Source: an uncultured Bacilli bacterium
GTDB taxonomy: Bacteria > Bacillota_I > Bacilli_A > RF39 > UBA660
NCBI GenBank assembly: GCA_944329355.1
Contig: CALVID010000002.1
Span: 2,928-66,927, forward strand
Length of the DNA stretch: 64,000 bases
Direction of reading: 5' to 3'
Each line of letters opens with the position of its first letter. Positions within the stretch are counted from its first letter, which is position 1. The translations under genes were made by a program, and so were the position numbers. Of the stretch, positions 49,951 to 58,078 are shown in pieces. A model generated the notes under the pieces. The model was not told the DNA's origin. It saw nothing but the letters and a program-made list of their open reading frames with translations, and searched no databases.

Positions 49951-50042
49951 TCTTAGTGCTATTTAAGATGACATAGAGAGTTAAAATAAAGGTTTAACCC
50001 TAAATACTTATTTAATTAAGATGATGCGTTGGCATCTTTTTT
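49951..50042 (+). ncRNA. tracrRNA
   Basis: The anti-repeat TTAGTGCTATTTAAGATGACATAGA (49953-49977) matches 24 of 25 nt of the + strand repeat, so it is complementary to the minus-strand crRNA repeat; the single difference gives a G-U pair. It is followed by GAGTTAAAATAAAGG (nexus-like, compare Spy AAGTTAAAATAAGG). It ends in the hairpin GATGC-gttg-GCATC plus TTTTTT. Confidence 0.88.
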
Positions 50043-50161
50043 AATATAATTTAAATTTGTGTTAAAAATTAATGTCATTAATCTTAAAATAGCTTTCTTT
50101 AATATATTATTTGGTTAGCTCTTACATATCACCTCTTTACTTTTTGTTATGATGTTTTTTT

Positions 50162-50198
50162 AAAAAAAGCAGTACAAAAACTATAAAGTCTGTACTAG
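50162..50198 (-). terminator. intrinsic terminator downstream of the 50238..51104 gene
   Basis: Minus-sense AGTACA...(15-nt loop)...TGTACT GC followed by TTTTTTT. It separates the surface-protein gene from the cas locus. Confidence 0.45.
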
Positions 50199-50237
50199 CC
50201 CTTTATTAATTTGATTATATCATAGTTTAAATTAATT

Positions 50238-51104
50238 TTAATACTTTTTAAATAAAGATTTTTTTGTTTTGTAATAATGACTATTATTTATGTATCTTTT
50301 TCTATTTTTAAAATAAATTATTATTAAAATTAGAATGATTGGTGATGCTAAAATTAATATACCTATTATTAAACCTAATATATCGGATAATACTAATGTT
50401 TTATGATAATTAATGTAATATTCCTGTACATTTCCATTTTCAGCTTTTACTATAATTGTTACTTTATTATCTCCTGATTTTAATTTGTTATTTTTTATGT
50501 TTACTTTGGCTGTTTTGTCTTCGGTTTCTATTTTTATATCTAATGATTTTTGATTAGAGGTTACAAATATATCATCTATGTTATTTTCTTTAAATTTGTA
50601 TTCTTTGCCATCTATGGTTATTTTTTTTATGTTATTGTTTGTACTTAATATTTTTTTTCTAATAATATTTAATTCATATGTTTTTGATAGACCACTTGCT
50701 CCTGTTATTTTTATTGTTATTAAATTATTTCCTATCTCTAATTTTTTATTTTGTTCATATTCTATTTGTGCTCCTGCATATGTTGGAGTGGCTAAAATAT
50801 TGGCTGTTTCATCATATGTTTCAAATTCCATTTTATCTTGTACGTTTATATTAGTATTATTTACGGTTATAGACTTTAATGTTGGATCATTTGATGGGGT
50901 GCATGGATAGGTATTTATTGGATCACCTACTGCTATCCAGTCATTGCCTTTTTGAAGTGCTTCGTGCCAGTGGTTATTATGTATTCCGTATGTTTTGCCA
51001 AAGCATGATCTCGTGCTATAGACTATTCCTTCATCTGCTTTCACATTATTTATATTAATTAATGAAATAAATAAAATTAAAAATATGTAATAAATTTTTT
51101 TCAT
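50238..51104 (-). CDS. cell-surface protein with cadherin-like beta-sandwich repeats and a C-terminal TM anchor
   Basis: Signal peptide, a Cys/His-rich module (SCFGKTYGIHNNHWHEA...), repeats of the type LKSITVNNTNINVQ...YELNIIRK, and a C-terminal TM helix plus basic tail. Start at ATG 51104 (RBS GGGTGA). Confidence 0.55.
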   Translation of the reverse strand: MKKIYYIFLILFISLININNVKADEGIVYSTRSCFGKTYGIHNNHWHEALQKGNDWIAVGDPINTYPCTPSNDPTLKSITVNNTNINVQDKMEFETYDETANILATPTYAGAQIEYEQNKKLEIGNNLITIKITGASGLSKTYELNIIRKKILSTNNNIKKITIDGKEYKFKENNIDDIFVTSNQKSLDIKIETEDKTAKVNIKNNKLKSGDNKVTIIVKAENGNVQEYYINYHKTLVLSDILGLIIGILILASPIILILIIIYFKNRKRYINNSHYYKTKKSLFKKY

Positions 51105-51189
51105 GTAATCACCCACTTCATTAATTTTCTACTTTATAGTATACAACACATTAACTTTAATATGAAGAAAAAAAGCTTAATTTTATCAT

Positions 51190-52212
51190 TTAATTTGTAA
51201 AATGACCAAATTTTGCTTTTTCTTCATAACATGTATTATATAAGTTTAAATCTTTTATTATATTTTTTGGTGTGCATTCATCATATAAATTTTCTTTAAC
51301 TTCTATATTTCCTTTATCACTATCTATATATATTGCAAGTGGCTTATCTAGCCCAATAGCATAACTTATTTGAACTTGACACCATTTTAAGTTATATTTC
51401 TTTAAATATTCTTTTGCTATTTCTCTGGCTTTATAAGCTCCTGATCTATCTACTTTGCTTGGATCTTTACCGCTGAATGCTCCTCCACCTACTTTAGCAA
51501 ATGAATGATAACTATCAACAATTATTTTTCTTCCGGTTAATCCTGCATCACCATCAAATCCACCTATTAAAAATTTACCTGTTGGATTAATCAAGAACTT
51601 TTCTATTTCTATGTTATATCTTTTACATATTTCTATACATTTTTCTTTAATTAAATTATCAGTATAATCTCTATGTTTTTCATCATTTTGATATGATACT
51701 GTGAAGTATTTTATTTTCTTTAATTTCATATTTTCATCATAATAACCCGTTATTTGTGCTTTACCATCTGGAAGTAAATATGGACATTTTTGTCTTTCTT
51801 CGTCATACCATTTACTTAATTTTTGTAAAATTACTTGGGCAAGTGGTAACATTTCTTCTGTATCATCACATGCATAACCAAACATCATTCCTTGATCCCC
51901 AGCTCCGCCTACTTTATCATTTGTGCCAAGGGCAATATCTGGACTTTGTTTTCCTAAATTATTTATTATTTCGTAGTTTGCTGTATAGCCTATATCTTTT
52001 AAGACTCTATCGACTATATTATTTGTGTTAATATGGGCAGATGTGGTTACTTCTCCTGTAATAAATATTTTTCCTTTTCCTCCCATAACTTCGATACCAC
52101 ATCTAGAGTGTTTATCTTCTTTTAAGTATGCATCTAACAGTGCATCACTTATTTGGTCACAGACTTTATCTGGGTGACCACGAAATACGATTTCGTTTGA
52201 ATATAATTTCAT
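51190..52212 (-). CDS. metK: S-adenosylmethionine synthetase (compact, 340 aa)
   Basis: GHPDKVCDQISDA, GAGDQGMMFGYA, DGKAQIT, INPTGKFLIGGFDGDAGLTGRKIIVDSY and GGGAFSGKDPSKVDRSGAY are all canonical MetK motifs. Confidence 0.93.
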   Translation of the reverse strand: MKLYSNEIVFRGHPDKVCDQISDALLDAYLKEDKHSRCGIEVMGGKGKIFITGEVTTSAHINTNNIVDRVLKDIGYTANYEIINNLGKQSPDIALGTNDKVGGAGDQGMMFGYACDDTEEMLPLAQVILQKLSKWYDEERQKCPYLLPDGKAQITGYYDENMKLKKIKYFTVSYQNDEKHRDYTDNLIKEKCIEICKRYNIEIEKFLINPTGKFLIGGFDGDAGLTGRKIIVDSYHSFAKVGGGAFSGKDPSKVDRSGAYKAREIAKEYLKKYNLKWCQVQISYAIGLDKPLAIYIDSDKGNIEVKENLYDECTPKNIIKDLNLYNTCYEEKAKFGHFTN

Positions 52213-52235
52213 AAATTCCTCCTTCTACCTTTATA

Positions 52236-52352
52236 AAGAAAAAAACAAGTGAGGAACTTGCTTATAGTTCCTTATCGTCCGGCTTTAGCACCTAACTTAA
52301 ATAGGTTGCTGTGATTTCATAGGGCCAGTCCCTCCATCACTCTTTATAAGGT
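52236..52352 (-). promoter_or_regulatory. SAM-I (S-box) riboswitch with expression-platform terminator
   Basis: Minus-sense CCTTATAAAGAGTGATGGAGGGACTGGCCCTATGAAATCACAGCAACC...GGTGCTAAAGCCGGACGATAAGG matches the S-box core. It is followed by the hairpin AAGCAAGT-tcctc-ACTTGTTT and a T-run, directly upstream of metK. Confidence 0.9.
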
Positions 52353-52721
52353 TCATTTATATTATATCATTTACTTTTATTTTTGTAACTGTTTTTGATC
52401 TAAATTTTTTAAATTGATTATTTTATATATATTTGACTTATTGGTAGTGTATTTTCAACAAGCGTTTTTACTAGCTTTACTTTCTTTTCTGTTTAGACAA
52501 CATAAAAACTAGGTAGTAATAAACGTAGTAATTCTAATAGTCCAATAACATATAGAAAAACTGAAGCAATATAAGAAAGGTTGCTTTCATTTTTTAATCC
52601 TAATAATTTTATCAAATAAGCTTACAACTAGCCAATTCCTACTATTTTAATTAATTATAACTTATTTTCTATTTTTATTAATTTACTTAAACATTTTTAC
52701 ACTATCATTGCCTTATTCAAT

Positions 52722-52749
52722 TTGACATATTTTTTTTATACATTATAAT
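52722..52749 (+). promoter_or_regulatory. candidate promoter of the amidoligase gene
   Basis: TTGACA (52722-52727), 16-bp spacer, TATAAT (52744-52749). Confidence 0.5.
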
Positions 52750-52761
52750 AACTTTCATGAA

Positions 52762-53748
52762 ATGGGTGGTATTATGTTCAAGCTAGATAAAAATGAGCAG
52801 TTTAATCAAATGAATATACATGATCAAAAAGATCTTTTAAATTTTCTAGAGTCTTATTTTATTAAATATAGGGATAATATTAGTTTAAATGATAATATGT
52901 CTTTCGGTGTAGAAATTGAATGTTTTATACCGGAAATGAGACTTTATAATACCAGACACAAAAAATATACCGATTTTAATTTAGTGGAAGATATCTCTGT
53001 GGATCATTGTGGTTGGGAATTTCAAAGCCCTATTTTAAAAAACAATTTAGAAAGTTGGCATGCTTTAAAAGCAACTTGTAACTATTTAAAAAAATCTTGT
53101 CTAATCAATGATTGTTGTGGTGGACATATTCATTTTGGGGCACATGTGTTTGATGATAATTTAGAATACATATATAATTTGGTTTTCTTATGGACTGTTT
53201 ATGAAGATATTATTTATAGATTTGGAAATGGTGAATTTATAAATTCCAGAGAAATTATTAATGATTATGCTAGACCTGTTTTATATAAATATAAAGAACT
53301 ATTTCATGACAATGGATTACCAAAAACTACTGAGGAGTTTTTAAAAGTATTCAAATTATCTGAACAAAATTTAGGTCTAAATTTTTTTCATTATTATCTG
53401 TTTTTTAATAATTTAACTACTACCAAAAATACCATTGAATTTAGATCACCTAATGGCACTTTAGAAGAAGTAATTTGGCAAAACAATATTAATTTTTTTG
53501 GAAAGTTGATTGAAGCGGCATTAAATAACAATTTAGATACAGAAAAATTACTATATTACATTAATAACAAAGACACAAACAATTTAATCTATGAATATTC
53601 TAAAATCAATTTAAACAAGGCATTAGAATTAGCCGATATTATTTTTGACAATAATCTCGATAAGTTAAATTTTTTAAAGCAATATATTAAAGATGGCAAA
53701 GAAAGTCGCTCAAATACGCTTGTTAAAGCCTCAAAATTTTGGATTTAA
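52762..53748 (+). CDS. amidoligase-family (glutamine synthetase-like COOH-NH2 ligase) protein
   Basis: FGVEIECFIP, GWEFQSPIL, CGGHIHFG and IEFRSPNGT match, in order, the conserved E-x-E, E, H-x-H and E-F-R elements of the Amidoligase_2 family as I recall it. An alternative start is ATG 52774. Confidence 0.65.
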   Translation: MGGIMFKLDKNEQFNQMNIHDQKDLLNFLESYFIKYRDNISLNDNMSFGVEIECFIPEMRLYNTRHKKYTDFNLVEDISVDHCGWEFQSPILKNNLESWHALKATCNYLKKSCLINDCCGGHIHFGAHVFDDNLEYIYNLVFLWTVYEDIIYRFGNGEFINSREIINDYARPVLYKYKELFHDNGLPKTTEEFLKVFKLSEQNLGLNFFHYYLFFNNLTTTKNTIEFRSPNGTLEEVIWQNNINFFGKLIEAALNNNLDTEKLLYYINNKDTNNLIYEYSKINLNKALELADIIFDNNLDKLNFLKQYIKDGKESRSNTLVKASKFWI

Positions 53749-53897
53749 AAAAACAAGAAAAAATATAGATATAACTTTTATTTACAAATTCTTAAATAAG
53801 CATAATACCAAAGATATTTTTTACTGTTTAAAATCTCTATAACATATCTTTCTGTTTTTTCAATAGTTATTTTTCTCTATTTTACTATGATTATAAT

Positions 53898-54869
53898 TTA
53901 GGTATTGATTTTAAAGCTGTTTTTAGAGTTTTTGCGATTTTTGAAATAGTGTACAATTATAATTATAATTACTATAAACATAATAAAACCAATTATTTCT
54001 TCAGCTTTGCTAGTTTTTGTTACAAATAATTTATAATTTTGTTCTTTTCCATTCTCAGCTATTACTTTTATTATAATTTCATTTTCTCCTACTTTTAAGT
54101 TTTTATTACCATTTATTTCCACTTTAGCGTTCTTATCTTCTAATTCATAGGTAATATTTATTTCTTTTGTATATGATGAAACAATTAAATCATCATTTTC
54201 ATAATTTATAAAAGTTATTTCAGTTTCATTTACTTTTACTACAATATTTGTATTATCACTTAATTCTCGTTCTCTAGTTATATTTATTTGATATTCTTTT
54301 TGATTGCCATTTTCAGATATCACTATAATAGTAACTATATTTTCTCCCATCAACAAATCAATTTGTTTATCATATTCTAAGGTTGCTTTGTCATCATTAG
54401 CTACTGCCTCTATATTTACAGATTTCTGATTTGTTTTATATGATATTGTTTCACTTATATTTATATTTTCATTATCTATTTTTAATGACTTTAATGTATT
54501 ATCACCGCTTTTATTTATAACTTTGCTTGTTTGTTTGCTCTGTGAATCAGATGCACTGGTAGATACATTGTTTTGACTGTTTTCAACATTATTTATATCA
54601 GTACATGGATTAGAAGCAATAGGACTTCCTGAAGCATTGTATCTTCCATCTATGGTTTTCACAGCGACATGCCAATGTCCATCACCATGTTGTCCATATG
54701 TAATTCCATTACAAGTAACAATACTATTTTTTCTTAAAAAAACAGATGTTGCTTTTACACTTGTCCCATTAATCATGAAAATTATCATAATTAAGATTAA
54801 AGATAACGTTTTTTTCATGATTTTAATTTTACATTTTTTCAAATTAAAACTTCTATCTGCTATTCTCAT
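53898..54869 (-). CDS. cell-surface protein with cadherin-like beta-sandwich repeats and a C-terminal TM anchor (paralog of 50238..51104)
   Basis: Same architecture as its paralog: signal peptide, VTCNGITYGQHGDGHWHVA module, LKSLKIDNENINI...YQINITRE repeats, and a TM helix plus basic tail. The start could be 54818 (MKKTLSL). Confidence 0.55.
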   Translation of the reverse strand: MRIADRSFNLKKCKIKIMKKTLSLILIMIIFMINGTSVKATSVFLRKNSIVTCNGITYGQHGDGHWHVAVKTIDGRYNASGSPIASNPCTDINNVENSQNNVSTSASDSQSKQTSKVINKSGDNTLKSLKIDNENINISETISYKTNQKSVNIEAVANDDKATLEYDKQIDLLMGENIVTIIVISENGNQKEYQINITRERELSDNTNIVVKVNETEITFINYENDDLIVSSYTKEINITYELEDKNAKVEINGNKNLKVGENEIIIKVIAENGKEQNYKLFVTKTSKAEEIIGFIMFIVIIIIIVHYFKNRKNSKNSFKINT

Positions 54870-55052
54870 ATAAATTACCTGCCTTTTTGCTTTTTGATCC
54901 TATATAAAACATAAAAAAACAAACTGTCTTAATGACGTTTGCTAAAATTCAATCTGGGGCGATTGATGTCATCTTTTAAAATAGTTAGATAAAAATCGAT
55001 TCCTTGTAGTGTATGTTAGCTCTGATTGAGGGAAATTGCAAGTTATTTGCAA

Positions 55053-57776
55053 TCAAATATTCAATTTTCTTTTTAAAATAGATATATCTCTAGAATTCTT
55101 TCGCTTTTTAATTTGTTCAAATATTCTTTGTTGACTTTCAGGGCTCCAAAATATTTGTAAATATTTCTTTGCCCTAGTAATAGCTGTATATAATATATTT
55201 TTTGTAATTTTATCTTCAACATTAGAAGTGATTATAATCTTTACTGACTCGTATTCTAATCCTTGTGCCTTATGAATTGAAACTGCATATGCTAAATTGA
55301 ATGGAATAATATGATCATATTCACTCTCGTCATCATTTGTATCTTTAAAATTATTTACAAAAAATTTTATTAAAGTTTTATTGTCGGTAATTTCAATCAC
55401 TTCATAATTAATAGGAGTATCCAGCAAGACTTCATCTACTAAAATAGTAAACCATACTCTATCATTTTCGTTATCTATTTCTATATTTTTTATCTTACCC
55501 TTTAAATTGTTATATAAATTTTTAAATCTAGGACAATCATTAAAAACTATAGGATCATCCACTTTAAACAAATCAACTCCAACATTATATTCTTTATTTA
55601 AGTTTTTTTCTTGTAGTATTCTATTTATATTATTAATTCCATATAATCCATCATAATTTAAACATAAAATTATTTCATCATCACTTATTCTTTTAAAAAT
55701 ATTCTCATCTATAGGTGATGAGTACTCTTTATTGCTTATTTTATTTATTGCATGATCATCATCATCTCTAACTAATTTCCATAATTCAAGCAAATCATGA
55801 TCTTCCGTTCTATTAGTTTCAATTAGTTCATATACAAACTCATCTTTAAATAAATTATATGTTAAAAACGTCCAATTTCCATATTTAATGGATTCTATCT
55901 GATATATGTCTCCAGATAGTATAATTAATTTATATTTTTGCTTATTTAATATTTTTTGCATTTCATCATCACTAATTGTACTACATTCGTCTATTATTAA
56001 AATATCGTAAATATTATCATCGTTTTTATTATAATGTGTAGTTGTTTCAAAGATTGAATTTTCATTATCATAATTTATAATTCTTCTTCGCAAGTTTTCT
56101 ACTGCAGTATTTGTATTTGATAAAAAAATTTTACTATAATCTTTAAAAACAGTGGCAACAACTTCAAGCATTTTAGTTTTACCGGTTCCAGCTGGTCCAT
56201 GAATAAAAGCAATTGAATTTTCTCTAAATATTACGTCAAAAATTTTTATCTTATCTTCGGTTAAATCAGAAATAGGATAATTCAATATATTGTTTTTAAT
56301 ACTTTCAATCATATCATCGGATGGTTTTATCATGTATTTCTTTATTTCTTTTATTATATTAATAGAATTAGTTTCATAAGAATTAATATATAATAAACCG
56401 TGTTCTATTTTAATTGAATTTCTTCCTATTTTATCTATTCCGTAGTTTAATAAATCCAAATTATATTGTTTAACCAACTTGTCTACATTTCCAAATTTTT
56501 CAACCTCCGCTACATCAGTATAAAGGATATTATTATTTTCTGAATTATCTTTTATATATTTTCCTAACATTTCATGCTCTCTACCACTACTATCTATTGA
56601 ATTTACCAAGTGAATCCAGCTAGTATTATGCTTATATAAAGCCATAGCATACGGCATCGAATCAAATGGAATACTTTGATTTTTTAAATATAAATTTCCG
56701 AATTTTTCATTTGAAGTATAATCAAGTTGATCTTTTATAATATTATTTTCCATTTTAACTAATAAATATTTTAAAATATTATTACCCGGCAAATTAGCCC
56801 CTAACCTTTTATGTAACAATTCTAATATATTTGAAACATTGTTATTCTTAGCATTTAATCTAATTTCTTTTAAATACCCCTCATATTTTTTATCATCATT
56901 CGTTAATAATTCTAATAAATTTAGCTCATTTTCTTTTAAAATTCTCATTAAATTAGTATATTCCATATATTCATCAGTAATATTGCAAGTCATACCAAAA
57001 ATTTTACCTATATTTTTTATCTCACATGGTCTTATAGAAATAACATAATTATCTATTACCTTAACTTTAGACTTATAAGAAAATAATTCAACTTCTTTTT
57101 CAATATATGATAATTTAATTGAATAATTGTCTGGGATATAATACTTCGAATACATTAAAATATGTTCGAACTTATTAACATAATTAGTTGCTTTAGACAA
57201 AGTTAATTCATAGTACAATTTCCCGAATGCATAAATAGGTCTACATTTATTAACATAAAATCTGCCACGCTTTAAAGATTTATTAGTTTTATCTTGAACT
57301 TCTTCTATTTTTTTACATATTTTTTGGTAATGCTCTTTTGTCATATTATCTTCATAAATTGGAAAATCCTCTAATTTATGAAGAACTTTTAATGAACACT
57401 CACCTTCTAAAGTTTCTTTAAGCATACATAAATATCCAAAATAATATAACATAAGTCTTTCTGCATCATTTTCACTAGGAGTATAATGTGATACTGTTGA
57501 CTGCAAAAAATGATGAAATTTTTGAATATACTTATATTTTTTAATACCCATGATATAATCCATCGAAGGCTTGACGTTATCATAATGACAATCTAATTCT
57601 AGTCCATTTTCTTTATTATTAATTAAAATAGCAATATCTTCTGTTAAATTTCTTAGTTGTGCTAAAATATTTTCAGATAATAACCCTCTATCGTTTAATA
57701 CTTTATGAGCTACTATATTTTTATCTATAACATTACATATATATTTAATTTCCACTTCTGGTTTTATTCTACCCAT
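55053..57776 (-). CDS. 907-aa fusion: unknown ~520-aa N-terminal region + RecD/Pif1-like SF1 helicase
   Basis: The C-terminal ~384 aa carry FIHGPAGTGKTKM (Walker A), ILIIDECSTISD (Walker B), ILSGDIYQIESI, an SH3-like VDDPIVFNDC...NNLKGKI, AYAVSIHKAQGLEYESV and LYTAITRAKKYLQIF. The N-terminal region has no motif I recognise. It is its own transcription unit, with a terminator upstream at 57910-57936. Confidence 0.75.
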   Translation of the reverse strand: MGRIKPEVEIKYICNVIDKNIVAHKVLNDRGLLSENILAQLRNLTEDIAILINNKENGLELDCHYDNVKPSMDYIMGIKKYKYIQKFHHFLQSTVSHYTPSENDAERLMLYYFGYLCMLKETLEGECSLKVLHKLEDFPIYEDNMTKEHYQKICKKIEEVQDKTNKSLKRGRFYVNKCRPIYAFGKLYYELTLSKATNYVNKFEHILMYSKYYIPDNYSIKLSYIEKEVELFSYKSKVKVIDNYVISIRPCEIKNIGKIFGMTCNITDEYMEYTNLMRILKENELNLLELLTNDDKKYEGYLKEIRLNAKNNNVSNILELLHKRLGANLPGNNILKYLLVKMENNIIKDQLDYTSNEKFGNLYLKNQSIPFDSMPYAMALYKHNTSWIHLVNSIDSSGREHEMLGKYIKDNSENNNILYTDVAEVEKFGNVDKLVKQYNLDLLNYGIDKIGRNSIKIEHGLLYINSYETNSINIIKEIKKYMIKPSDDMIESIKNNILNYPISDLTEDKIKIFDVIFRENSIAFIHGPAGTGKTKMLEVVATVFKDYSKIFLSNTNTAVENLRRRIINYDNENSIFETTTHYNKNDDNIYDILIIDECSTISDDEMQKILNKQKYKLIILSGDIYQIESIKYGNWTFLTYNLFKDEFVYELIETNRTEDHDLLELWKLVRDDDDHAINKISNKEYSSPIDENIFKRISDDEIILCLNYDGLYGINNINRILQEKNLNKEYNVGVDLFKVDDPIVFNDCPRFKNLYNNLKGKIKNIEIDNENDRVWFTILVDEVLLDTPINYEVIEITDNKTLIKFFVNNFKDTNDDESEYDHIIPFNLAYAVSIHKAQGLEYESVKIIITSNVEDKITKNILYTAITRAKKYLQIFWSPESQQRIFEQIKKRKNSRDISILKRKLNI

Positions 57777-57909
57777 TAGATTTACATCTCCCCCAAAAAA
57801 TTCATATTAATTTTTTACACTTAAAAATTAGAAAATCTTTATTTAAAACACATAATTCATTTGCTTTTAAAAATAATAGATTATTACATTAGGTGTTGTT
57901 AGTATACCA

Positions 57910-57936
57910 CAAAAAAGAACTATAACAAATAGTTCT
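57910..57936 (-). terminator. intrinsic terminator downstream of res
   Basis: Minus-sense AGAACTAT-ttgtt-ATAGTTCT followed by TTTTTT. Confidence 0.65.
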
Positions 57937-58078
57937 GTACCTTTTAACTTGTTAATTATATGAAACTTTTCTTTGTACTTGTATATAATATAAAATTTTA
58001 ATTAATTTATTTATATTCTAGAAAAAGAGTTAGTATAATTTCATTTATAAAACTTTTTTAATGTAAATATTTCTACTT

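Noticed and set aside
51190-52212. The short (340-aa) metK lies near a defence island, so it might be a mobile-element-borne SAM-synthetase involved in counter-defence.
   Set aside because: All catalytic motifs are canonical. It is controlled by a classical S-box riboswitch, which fits the housekeeping metK of a small-genome Firmicute.
54961-54997. Sequence GATTGATGTCATCTTTTAAAATAGTTAGATAAAAATC resembles the minus-sense CRISPR repeat (GATCTATGTCATCTTAAATAGTACTAAAAC), which suggested an orphan or solitary repeat 11 kb from the array, next to the helicase gene.
   Set aside because: Only a 10-nt exact core (ATGTCATCTT) is shared. The rest aligns only with several gaps and mismatches. Matches of this kind are plausible by chance in ~128 kb (both strands) of very AT-rich DNA. 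No spacer-like or tracr-like context is present. It is worth a computational alignment but is not reportable as a feature.
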